A stretch of DNA of 64,000 bases, from IMG/VR virus record IMGVR_UViG_3300045597_000172; one strand, written 5' to 3'. A program made the translations under genes and the position numbers. The first letter of the stretch is position 1. Each line of letters starts with the position of its first letter. This stretch comes from a virus. Lineage: Duplodnaviria > Heunggongvirae > Uroviricota > Caudoviricetes. This document shows positions 1 through 8,039 of this stretch, one piece after another. Below the pieces are notes generated by a model. The model made no database searches, was not told the DNA's origin, and was given only the letters and a program-made list of their open reading frames with translations.

Positions 1-1
1 T

Positions 2-799
2 AATAATCGACTTGAAAAAGACGAAAATGGTGTTGCAGAAGCACGTGGAAGTTCACTTACTTCATGGCAAGGGCCATCGACTCAGAATTCAATTGCACAT
101 CCAGCCGTTGTTGATTATGTACTTGCACAGTATCTTGCACATAAACCGGACGCAGTCAACCAAGAATTTGACACTGCGTTTACTAAAAAAATCTTTGCAA
201 AATTTGTATTCGAACACTCAAAATACAATCAGACCATTGCTGACACCCTGAGATTTTTCCAATTTCCAATTGTTGCCAATCCAAAGACTGCAAGATTCTT
301 ATTTGAATCAAAAATTGGTATTGACGACACAATCGAAAATGTCAAATTACTAAATGCTACAAATAGAATTTTCCTAGCGAAAAAATCTGCAAGTGATATC
401 ACTATCAAGTCAACTGGATTACAAACAGTCAACACCTCAAGTGCCAAGAAACGTGAACCAAATGCAGAAGTCCTTCGTGACATTATCAAAGTTGATCCCG
501 TAGCTGAATATGTAATTAAGGAAAACGCAAGTCAACAATTCTACAAAGATTTATTTGATCAACCATTCCGTCCAAAAACAACAATCAAAAGTGAAAAGCC
601 ACGTGATTTAACAATCATTAAAATTACTGATTTACCATTAGATCAACCAGTAATTATTCATAATGAAGATTTACATGACGTAACTCAAACTGAATACGAA
701 GACTTACTACAAAAATTAGATATGCATGCATATCTTGATCTCGTACAAAATAAGTTTGAGACTCAATGGCAGAATCACAATGTTGAAAAATTAGCATAG
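2..799 (+). CDS. hypothetical protein, C-terminal fragment (N-terminus lies upstream of the window)
   Basis: Frame 2 is open from the window edge to TAG at 797-799. The overlapping 12..251 ORF is in a different frame. Codon usage matches neighbouring genes. Confidence 0.45.
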   Translation, partial: NNRLEKDENGVAEARGSSLTSWQGPSTQNSIAHPAVVDYVLAQYLAHKPDAVNQEFDTAFTKKIFAKFVFEHSKYNQTIADTLRFFQFPIVANPKTARFLFESKIGIDDTIENVKLLNATNRIFLAKKSASDITIKSTGLQTVNTSSAKKREPNAEVLRDIIKVDPVAEYVIKENASQQFYKDLFDQPFRPKTTIKSEKPRDLTIIKITDLPLDQPVIIHNEDLHDVTQTEYEDLLQKLDMHAYLDLVQNKFETQWQNHNVEKLA

Positions 800-823
800 C
801 TGAATTTAGAAAGGATTTTAAAA

Positions 824-2038
824 ATGAAAACTTACAAAATTGCAAACGATCTAGGATACTCATCAATGAAATTCAACATTGACGGACAAAAAGAACACAT
901 TCCAAGCATCATCGCTATTCAACGACCACAAAACATTACGAAACCGGTCGTGTTTGACACTCCAGAAGAAGAATCTGAATATTACCGCAATTTATCACAG
1001 CATATGGATGTAACAGTAACTTCCCCATCCGTGAGTCTTCAAGGTCGATTCTTAGTCGGAAAACGGGCAATTGAAGCTGGAATCCCTACTCGTGCTTTTG
1101 ACGTTAATGACTTTTCTGGAAAATCTAAGTCTGATCTTTCCTTAATTCTTACGTTGTCACGAATTGCAAATCAAGTCGTAACTGACGCATATAAGAACAA
1201 ACAGCCATTAAACGAAGTAATTAAAGCGACCGTTCTTATGTCAACTGCATTACCTATCACAGAAGGTAAAACAAAAGGTGCAATCGACGCTTATCGAAAA
1301 CGATATCTTAAAGGAAAGCATTTAGTAAACATTTTGAACTTCGAACAACCTATTACCGTTGAATTAACATTTAAAGACGTTTACGTTGGATTTGAAGGCG
1401 AAATGGCTCAATTCAAAATTGCAAACGCCGATCCTACTTTGAAACAACAAATTCTAAACGATTTTGAAAATTCTTACCCAAGTTTCAAAGGACAAATGTC
1501 AGGCGATGATCTCATCAATCTAAAGAACATTCTCGGAATTGATATTGGCGAAGGTACAACCGATTTTGTTGTCGTTACTAACGGAAAAGCTAACCCTACA
1601 GTATCAACATCCCTAGAAACCGGCTACGGTAATGTTTTGCAAGATGCAGTTTCATTATTGCAACATGACGGAATGAACATTTCCAACCGTGGAGAACTCA
1701 ATGATTTTCTTGCAAAAGACGTTTCGATTTTGACGAAAGGACGTCAAGATCATGCTCGTCAAGTTGTATTTGACCAACTTGAACAACTAGTAGATCAAAT
1801 CATTGATGCTACCTCTGAAACCATGCGTCACGCTAATTCCGACATTGAACTCGTATATGTATACGGAGGTGGTTCAATTCCGTTACTGAAAAATTCAGAC
1901 ATGCGTACGCGTTTAGTAAACAAATTAAAAGGTTTTGCTGGAGGTTACGATATTCCTGTCATCTGGATTGATCCAAGTCGTGCACAGACACTTAATGAAG
2001 ACGGATTGAAACTCGTTGTAGACAACATTTTCGAATAG
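824..2038 (+). CDS. actin-like ATPase of the ParM/StbA/Alp family (plasmid-type segregation filament protein)
   Basis: N-terminal phosphate-1 motif IANDLGYSSMKF and phosphate-2 motif GIDIGEGTTDFVVV of the actin/Hsp70 fold. Size of 404 aa. RBS aaaggatttt 8 nt upstream. Confidence 0.7.
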   Translation: MKTYKIANDLGYSSMKFNIDGQKEHIPSIIAIQRPQNITKPVVFDTPEEESEYYRNLSQHMDVTVTSPSVSLQGRFLVGKRAIEAGIPTRAFDVNDFSGKSKSDLSLILTLSRIANQVVTDAYKNKQPLNEVIKATVLMSTALPITEGKTKGAIDAYRKRYLKGKHLVNILNFEQPITVELTFKDVYVGFEGEMAQFKIANADPTLKQQILNDFENSYPSFKGQMSGDDLINLKNILGIDIGEGTTDFVVVTNGKANPTVSTSLETGYGNVLQDAVSLLQHDGMNISNRGELNDFLAKDVSILTKGRQDHARQVVFDQLEQLVDQIIDATSETMRHANSDIELVYVYGGGSIPLLKNSDMRTRLVNKLKGFAGGYDIPVIWIDPSRAQTLNEDGLKLVVDNIFE

Positions 2039-2051
2039 GAGTGAATAACCA

Positions 2052-2429
2052 ATGTCAAAATACACATACAAATACACGCCTAATGGAAAAAATGCTGAAA
2101 AAATTACTGCATGGCTAAAAAATCAACCAAATAAAGCTGAGTCCTTAAACTTATTGATTTTACAAGCTGAACGAAAATATGGAAATCGTGATATCGTTGA
2201 TATGACCACACAGGCGTTTCTTAACGATGAAATTGGAAAAGTACCAACTTCGGAAACTAAGTCATTGGCCGCACAAGTTATCGAAAGTGCAACACCCAAA
2301 AATCAACAATCCGAAACTGATACGAAAAAATCAACGTATCATGAAGATGCACAACCAGTAACAACTTCACAAGTAAAAAAAGAACCTGAAAACAAAAAAC
2401 CAAATCTAGGCTTTTTAAGTAATAAATAG
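2052..2429 (+). CDS. hypothetical protein; possible ParR-like adaptor by position immediately downstream of the actin-like gene
   Basis: 125 aa, basic N-terminal half, tightly coupled to the upstream gene. Followed by tandem terminators. No motif recognised. Confidence 0.3.
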   Translation: MSKYTYKYTPNGKNAEKITAWLKNQPNKAESLNLLILQAERKYGNRDIVDMTTQAFLNDEIGKVPTSETKSLAAQVIESATPKNQQSETDTKKSTYHEDAQPVTTSQVKKEPENKKPNLGFLSNK

Positions 2430-2436
2430 ATAAAGT

Positions 2437-2470
2437 AAAACCCAACTATTCATAACGTTGGGTTTTATTT
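2437..2470 (+). terminator. rho-independent terminator (aaaacccaac...gttgggtttt)
   Basis: Stem cccaac/gttggg followed by a T-run. Confidence 0.5.
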
Positions 2471-2478
2471 TAAGTTGA

Positions 2479-2499
2479 GGCGCCAACGGCGCCTTTTTT
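2479..2499 (+). terminator. rho-independent terminator, GGCGCC-stem family
   Basis: ggcgcc-aac-ggcgcc followed by tttttt. Confidence 0.6.
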
Positions 2500-2572
2500 G
2501 TAAAATGTTGTCATGTCCCGTACAATATCACGCAAACCAAAAAAATTAATAATTAAAAAAAGGAGAATTTTT

Positions 2573-3880
2573 ATGTCATCTGAAAAAACAATTACATTCA
2601 AGACATTAGAACCATTACTTAAACTTCATATTCAATGCGATCAAGTACCATTCCTTGCTGGTGACCCCGGAATTGGTAAATCAGCAGTTCTAAAGAAACT
2701 TGCAAATAAGTTAGATACTCAAGTATTCGTATTATCAGTCAACCAGTTAGGCACCCGTGAAGACTTAACAGGTGCAAGATCTATTATGGACGAAAATACC
2801 AAAACTTATCGTCAAGTATTCTTTCCACATGCTATTATCCAAGATTGCATTGACTATGCAAATACGCACCCTAAAGAAACACCGTTACTGTTTCTCGATG
2901 AAGTTAATAGAACTAGCACAGATGTTACATCTGCCATCATGGCAATCATTACTGAACGTCGAGTAGGTACTACCGTCTTACCAAGTAACATTAGAATTGT
3001 TGCTGCCGGAAATGATGAAGGTAATATTAACGTCATGGATAACGCATCTAATTCTCGTATGCAAATTTATCACATTGCCCCAGATATTGAATCATTTATG
3101 AATGCACAACCAAATCTTAACTACTATATCAAAATCACATTAAACAAAAATCCAAGATTGCTTGTACAAATTCCAAGCACTACCGATGATCTTGTTGGCG
3201 ATAATGATCCAGATGGAGACGATGATGAAGACGATACAAATTTGGACGATTTGTTTGATGATAACGGAATGAAACAAATCACCGTTCCACGAACATTGAA
3301 CTATTTGAGCGATTTTCTAAACGCTGCTGGTTTCGATGGAAGAAGCATTCCAGCAAACGTTGATGACTTGTATAACCAAATGGAACCAACTGAATCACCA
3401 TTGTTTGCTGCAATTACTGCAACAATTGGCGAAACAGAAACCGCAACAACTTTGTTTGATACAATCGTTACATCAATGAACAACTTAGCTGTTGCACCAA
3501 ATGCAAGTGTTCCATCACTCAACGTTCCAAAGCCAAAGAAAGAAATTGTTGACGCTATGACAAACGATATCGAATCAGACGACGATGTCAATGAAATGTT
3601 TAACGACAACAATTTAACCAGCGATAACTTCGTGGATACATTCTTTACCTTAGTACAACTTGAAAATTACAAAAAGTTAAATTATCGTGATTCAATCAAC
3701 CAATATTACCGTAACTTGACACAGCTAAATCTTGATAATACTGCTCAAATTAAGTTCTCACAAACATTTGCAGAATTATTACGCTACAATTTGGTTCCAA
3801 CACCAATTATCAATAGCATTAAAACAGAATCAGACAGCTTATCAAGTCGATTAGGTGTCTTAATTGACACGTTAAGCTAA
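2573..3880 (+). CDS. MoxR-like AAA+ ATPase with a long acidic/low-complexity C-terminal extension
   Basis: Walker A LAGDPGIGKS, Walker B/sensor LLFLDEVNRTS (the DE[IV]NR signature of MoxR/AAA_5), VAAGN sensor-1 region. ATG at 2573 preferred over track start 2513 because of the aaaaaggagaattttt RBS. Asp-rich tract DNDPDGDDDEDDTNLDDLFDDNG. Confidence 0.6.
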   Translation: MSSEKTITFKTLEPLLKLHIQCDQVPFLAGDPGIGKSAVLKKLANKLDTQVFVLSVNQLGTREDLTGARSIMDENTKTYRQVFFPHAIIQDCIDYANTHPKETPLLFLDEVNRTSTDVTSAIMAIITERRVGTTVLPSNIRIVAAGNDEGNINVMDNASNSRMQIYHIAPDIESFMNAQPNLNYYIKITLNKNPRLLVQIPSTTDDLVGDNDPDGDDDEDDTNLDDLFDDNGMKQITVPRTLNYLSDFLNAAGFDGRSIPANVDDLYNQMEPTESPLFAAITATIGETETATTLFDTIVTSMNNLAVAPNASVPSLNVPKPKKEIVDAMTNDIESDDDVNEMFNDNNLTSDNFVDTFFTLVQLENYKKLNYRDSINQYYRNLTQLNLDNTAQIKFSQTFAELLRYNLVPTPIINSIKTESDSLSSRLGVLIDTLS

Positions 3881-3951
3881 AAGCAAAAGCTGGTGCAAAT
3901 AAGGGTTCGATTCCCTTTTTTGCTATTAAATATTGAAAGGAATAATTGTCT

Positions 3952-4461
3952 ATGTTAATCTCAGAAAATTTGCTTATAACTCTTGAAAAAATTGCAAACA
4001 CAAGTTTGAAATACTCACTTGTAGCATCAGAAACAGAATATACTCGTGAAATCGAAAATTTATTACGTGTAAGACCAATTATTTATTATCGAAGAATCGG
4101 ACGAGTTGCTAGTCAATTTGGATGGGAAGAACCAAAAATTTGGAAAACTTTTGCCCAATCCAAAAAACTATCACTCACTAAAATCAAAACTTTTAAATTA
4201 CTATACGGAATTCATAAAAGTAAAAAATACGGAGTTGGATTTATAATTCCGTATGAAGAATCAATTAATTTACAAGAAATAAACGAAGAATTAACAAAAC
4301 TCTTCAAATCACACATAAAAAAACAAGTTAGAGAACAACCATTCAGATTATATGATGATCAAGAATCAAAAGCATTAGTAATAATCGAACCATATCAAAC
4401 TTCAAAAAAGGAGAATACAAATCATGCCAAAAGTAATCATGCAAAACCAAGCACCATTTGA
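3952..4461 (+). CDS. hypothetical protein between the MoxR-like and vWA genes
   Basis: ORF with gaaagga RBS. Track start 3946 is TTG; ATG at 3952 has better spacing. No motif recognised. Confidence 0.4.
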   Translation: MLISENLLITLEKIANTSLKYSLVASETEYTREIENLLRVRPIIYYRRIGRVASQFGWEEPKIWKTFAQSKKLSLTKIKTFKLLYGIHKSKKYGVGFIIPYEESINLQEINEELTKLFKSHIKKQVREQPFRLYDDQESKALVIIEPYQTSKKENTNHAKSNHAKPSTI

Positions 4462-6130
4462 CTTTAGCGATTATGTTCCAAAATTAACACGTTTTGATAA
4501 CCCACTAGAAGATGAACTTCAAGATGCTTTATTCAAAAATTTACTTGCTAAAATGAAAACCCCTGTCAACAATACCGCACCTATCAAAATCATGGTCGAC
4601 GGTAAAGAATATAAAGATGACGAAATCATCAATGATTTAACAAAAAGTGTTGCAGAAGAAGATGTAAATATTCCACGTGATGAAATCTTATCATTACTAT
4701 TTCATCAATCGTCACGTTACCGTGGTAAACATCCAGAGAATTGGAAACAAATCATTGGCAATTCCATTTTATTAAAAAATAAAGCGCCATTGCCTACTGC
4801 AAGTATGCTTTACACATACAACACAGACATTCAGAACCAAGCAAAAGATTTCCTTATGAACGATACACCTCAAACAAGAACTGAACTTTTAATCGGATTA
4901 ATTGGTAATTTAATTGCCAATACAATTAGCGATCGTTGGTGCTTTATCTTAACTAATAATTCTGATTATGACCGTATTAAAGATGAACTTGATAAAGAAA
5001 TCCAAACCTTTACAACTGATCCAGCAATCCAAGGTTTTAATCGAGATGTCCAAGGCATTGCATTTAGTAAAGACGACTGTTTTACTTCGTGGGTTACCGG
5101 AAATAATGTTTTACCGGGATCACTTAATCGTTTTATTTTAGATACACTTGAAGCATTCAAACCAAGTGGTTTTACTGAAACTCTACCACTTAACATTCAA
5201 GGAATCCTGAATCCAATCGGATTTGCATTCATTAATGTTGAAGCATTAGCAAATAGTGACCAATTAAGTTACCAACACGAACTAAAACAGCTTCAATCAG
5301 TGTCAAATAATTTGAGACGTTTTAAAATCAGTAAGCTTTCAAAAATTAAAAACGCAACAAATTATTCAAGTTCTGCACCTCACTATCAGAAACAATATAC
5401 CAAAACCATGAATGGTATTGGATCAAGAAAGCAACGTGGATTTCATAAAACCTTACCATCAACTAAGTGGCAATTATCCGTGATGAGTAAGCTCATTAAG
5501 AAACGAACATCAAAAATTATTTCTGATACAACATACAAAAGTTTTATCACAAGTTTTATGAGAGCAAATCGACGTCATCCAAATGATCCAAACTTACGTG
5601 GACGACTACAAAAAACAAATTACCGTCCAGATATTCACATTTATTTGGACTCATCTGGTTCGATCTCTGAAAGACAATATCGAACTGCCGTAACATTGTT
5701 AATTTGCATTTCAAAGAAACTAAAAACGAACTTGTACTTTACAAGTTTTTCACATGTCGTATCGCAACCTGTTAAATTAAATACCAAAAACGCATCAGTT
5801 AAACAAATCTATCGTCAAATTCAGTTAGTTCCAAAAGTAACTGGCGGTACTGAATATGAAAATGTTTGGAGAATGATTGACGTTCTTGAGAAACAAAATC
5901 GATATCATCAATTATCTCCACAATTAAACTTTATGATTACGGATTTCGAATACAACATCAGTAGTACATGGAATCCTCAATTAAATAAAGCATCTACACA
6001 AAACACCTATTATGTTCCATTAGCTGCCACACAAGATGAATATAATCGAGTTAAAAGCTACGGCATGGATTTTGCTAACCAGTTAATCGATAAAGGTGAC
6101 ATAACAATTAAATCTCGAATGATTATGTAG
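4424..6130 (+). CDS. von Willebrand factor A (vWA) domain protein, partner of the MoxR-like ATPase
   Basis: MIDAS motif IHIYLDSSGSISERQY (DxSxS) in the C-terminal third. aaaaaggaga RBS. Canonical MoxR-vWA gene pairing. Confidence 0.55.
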   Translation: MPKVIMQNQAPFDFSDYVPKLTRFDNPLEDELQDALFKNLLAKMKTPVNNTAPIKIMVDGKEYKDDEIINDLTKSVAEEDVNIPRDEILSLLFHQSSRYRGKHPENWKQIIGNSILLKNKAPLPTASMLYTYNTDIQNQAKDFLMNDTPQTRTELLIGLIGNLIANTISDRWCFILTNNSDYDRIKDELDKEIQTFTTDPAIQGFNRDVQGIAFSKDDCFTSWVTGNNVLPGSLNRFILDTLEAFKPSGFTETLPLNIQGILNPIGFAFINVEALANSDQLSYQHELKQLQSVSNNLRRFKISKLSKIKNATNYSSSAPHYQKQYTKTMNGIGSRKQRGFHKTLPSTKWQLSVMSKLIKKRTSKIISDTTYKSFITSFMRANRRHPNDPNLRGRLQKTNYRPDIHIYLDSSGSISERQYRTAVTLLICISKKLKTNLYFTSFSHVVSQPVKLNTKNASVKQIYRQIQLVPKVTGGTEYENVWRMIDVLEKQNRYHQLSPQLNFMITDFEYNISSTWNPQLNKASTQNTYYVPLAATQDEYNRVKSYGMDFANQLIDKGDITIKSRMIM

Positions 6131-6144
6131 AAAGGAGTCAAATT

Positions 6145-8007
6145 ATGACTTATCACAATGTTCCAACCGGAACTACTAACAACAATAGTAATAGTAACAA
6201 CAACAATAACAACTCTGTACCACCCGTATTACCTATCAGTGCAAAAAAGGCGCTCAAAGATGACGTCCCCGATTTACTAATTGATTACGAAAAATTAGCA
6301 AAGAAACATAAAATCCAAAAAGTAATGTTTAGAGACAACATTATCAATCGATTATTGACAATCCTAACTACTAAAAATCATCCAAACGCATTACTTGTAG
6401 GTGAAGCCGGAACTGGTAAAACAGCTATTGTTAAAGACTTAGCTGTTCGATTATACGAAGCTGATCCAATCGTCACCGCTATGTTAGGGGATAAAACAAA
6501 AATTTACGAATTGCCATTAACAAACCTAGTAGCTGGCTCTGGCATCATGGGCACTATGGAAGCAAAACTAGATAATGTTGTGAAATTCATTAGCAATCCA
6601 AAAAACAACGCTATTCTATATCTTGACGAAATTCACCAATTAACAACTACTCAAAGTTTAAAAGAAGTCGCAGAAATTCTCAAACCTGCATTAGCAAGCG
6701 GAGAACTTCACGTGATCGGGTCTACTACTACTCAAGAACTAAAATTCTGGCGTAGCAATCCGGCATTAACAAGACGCTTTTCGAATTTAATTGTAGATGA
6801 GTTATCAAACGAACAAACGGAACAAATTCTTGCAAAACTGATTCCGGTTTTACAAAAATCTAACATCATGGTTCAAGTTGATCCTACAATTTTAAGTAGA
6901 GTCGTCAAAACGGGTAACCAATATGCTAAAACTCTGGATACACATCGTCCAGATTCAGCAATTACCGTATTGGATCAAGCAATGGCAATGTCAAGATTAC
7001 AATCAATTACGTTAAAACAATCTGGCGTAACAATTCCTGCCAAAGTAACCGAACAATTAATTGATCATGCCGGAAAACAGCTTGTCAATAATAACAACGA
7101 TGATTCATTAACATCGCAAACATTGTCAGATTTACAAACACAATTTGACGAAAATATTATCGGACAAGACAAAGCCAAATCAAAAATTCTTAAATCAATT
7201 CGATCAATGATTCTTGAATTAACGCCACAAAAACGTCCATATAGCTTTCTATTTGCCGGCTTAACCGGAACAGGTAAAACCGAAATCGCAAAACAATTAG
7301 CAAAGGTTTTATTCGGTGCAAAAGATCGATTCATATATCTCAATATGACTGAATACGCAACTGATGCATCATTAACTACGTTAATTGGATCATCACGTGG
7401 CTACGTTGGTTATGATTCCGCACAACCTTTACCACTTGATACCTTAAAATCAAATCCATTTCAAATTGTTTTACTAGATGAATTTGAAAAAGCTAGTACC
7501 GATGTCAAAAGATTGTTCATGCAAGCCTTGGACGAAGGTGAAATAAGTTACGCAGACGGATCACATGTCGATTTCTCACACGCAATCGTTATTGGAACAA
7601 CGAATTCTGGAACAGATAAATTATCAGAATCTCACGTTGGTTTCGGTAATAAAGAATCAATCACCGAATCTGACTTAACAAACGCATTATTAACAAGTTT
7701 TCCACCGGAATTGTTAAATCGATTCGAATATATCGTTGCCTTCGATAAAATCACAAAAGAACAATATGCTGAAATTGTAACAATCAAGTACAACCAATTA
7801 AGACAAGAAATTAAAACATCACATCCCGAACTGGATATCATTCCAACCGTTGCCGAACCCGATATGCCCTTTATTCAAAGTATCACTGATAAAAGCTACG
7901 ATGCGCTAAAGAACGCACGTCCAGCAGAAAGATCAGTTAGACATTTTGTAGAAGATCAACTTTTAAACGCCAATCAAGGAACTATCGACTTAACGGCAAT
8001 TGTTTAG
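6145..8007 (+). CDS. Clp/Hsp100-family double-AAA+ unfoldase (ClpA/ClpC-like, compact, no M-domain) with a putative ClpP-docking loop
   Basis: D1 Walker A LLVGEAGTGKTAIV, Walker B ILYLDEIHQL, IGSTTTQE...ALTRRF. D2 Walker A FLFAGLTGTGKTEIAKQL, Walker B IVLLDEFEKA, IGTTNSG. HVGFG tripeptide loop at the position of the ClpA IGL / ClpX IGF loop. Poly-Asn tract near the N-terminus. Confidence 0.75.
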   Translation: MTYHNVPTGTTNNNSNSNNNNNNSVPPVLPISAKKALKDDVPDLLIDYEKLAKKHKIQKVMFRDNIINRLLTILTTKNHPNALLVGEAGTGKTAIVKDLAVRLYEADPIVTAMLGDKTKIYELPLTNLVAGSGIMGTMEAKLDNVVKFISNPKNNAILYLDEIHQLTTTQSLKEVAEILKPALASGELHVIGSTTTQELKFWRSNPALTRRFSNLIVDELSNEQTEQILAKLIPVLQKSNIMVQVDPTILSRVVKTGNQYAKTLDTHRPDSAITVLDQAMAMSRLQSITLKQSGVTIPAKVTEQLIDHAGKQLVNNNNDDSLTSQTLSDLQTQFDENIIGQDKAKSKILKSIRSMILELTPQKRPYSFLFAGLTGTGKTEIAKQLAKVLFGAKDRFIYLNMTEYATDASLTTLIGSSRGYVGYDSAQPLPLDTLKSNPFQIVLLDEFEKASTDVKRLFMQALDEGEISYADGSHVDFSHAIVIGTTNSGTDKLSESHVGFGNKESITESDLTNALLTSFPPELLNRFEYIVAFDKITKEQYAEIVTIKYNQLRQEIKTSHPELDIIPTVAEPDMPFIQSITDKSYDALKNARPAERSVRHFVEDQLLNANQGTIDLTAIV

Positions 8008-8039
8008 TATTCGGGCCAATTTAGAAAGGAGCACCACCA

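Noticed and set aside
12-251. 79-aa ORF at the window start listed in the ORF track
   Set aside because: It lies entirely inside, and out of frame with, a much longer open frame (2..799) that runs in from the left edge with phage-like codon usage. Most likely a spurious overlapping ORF.
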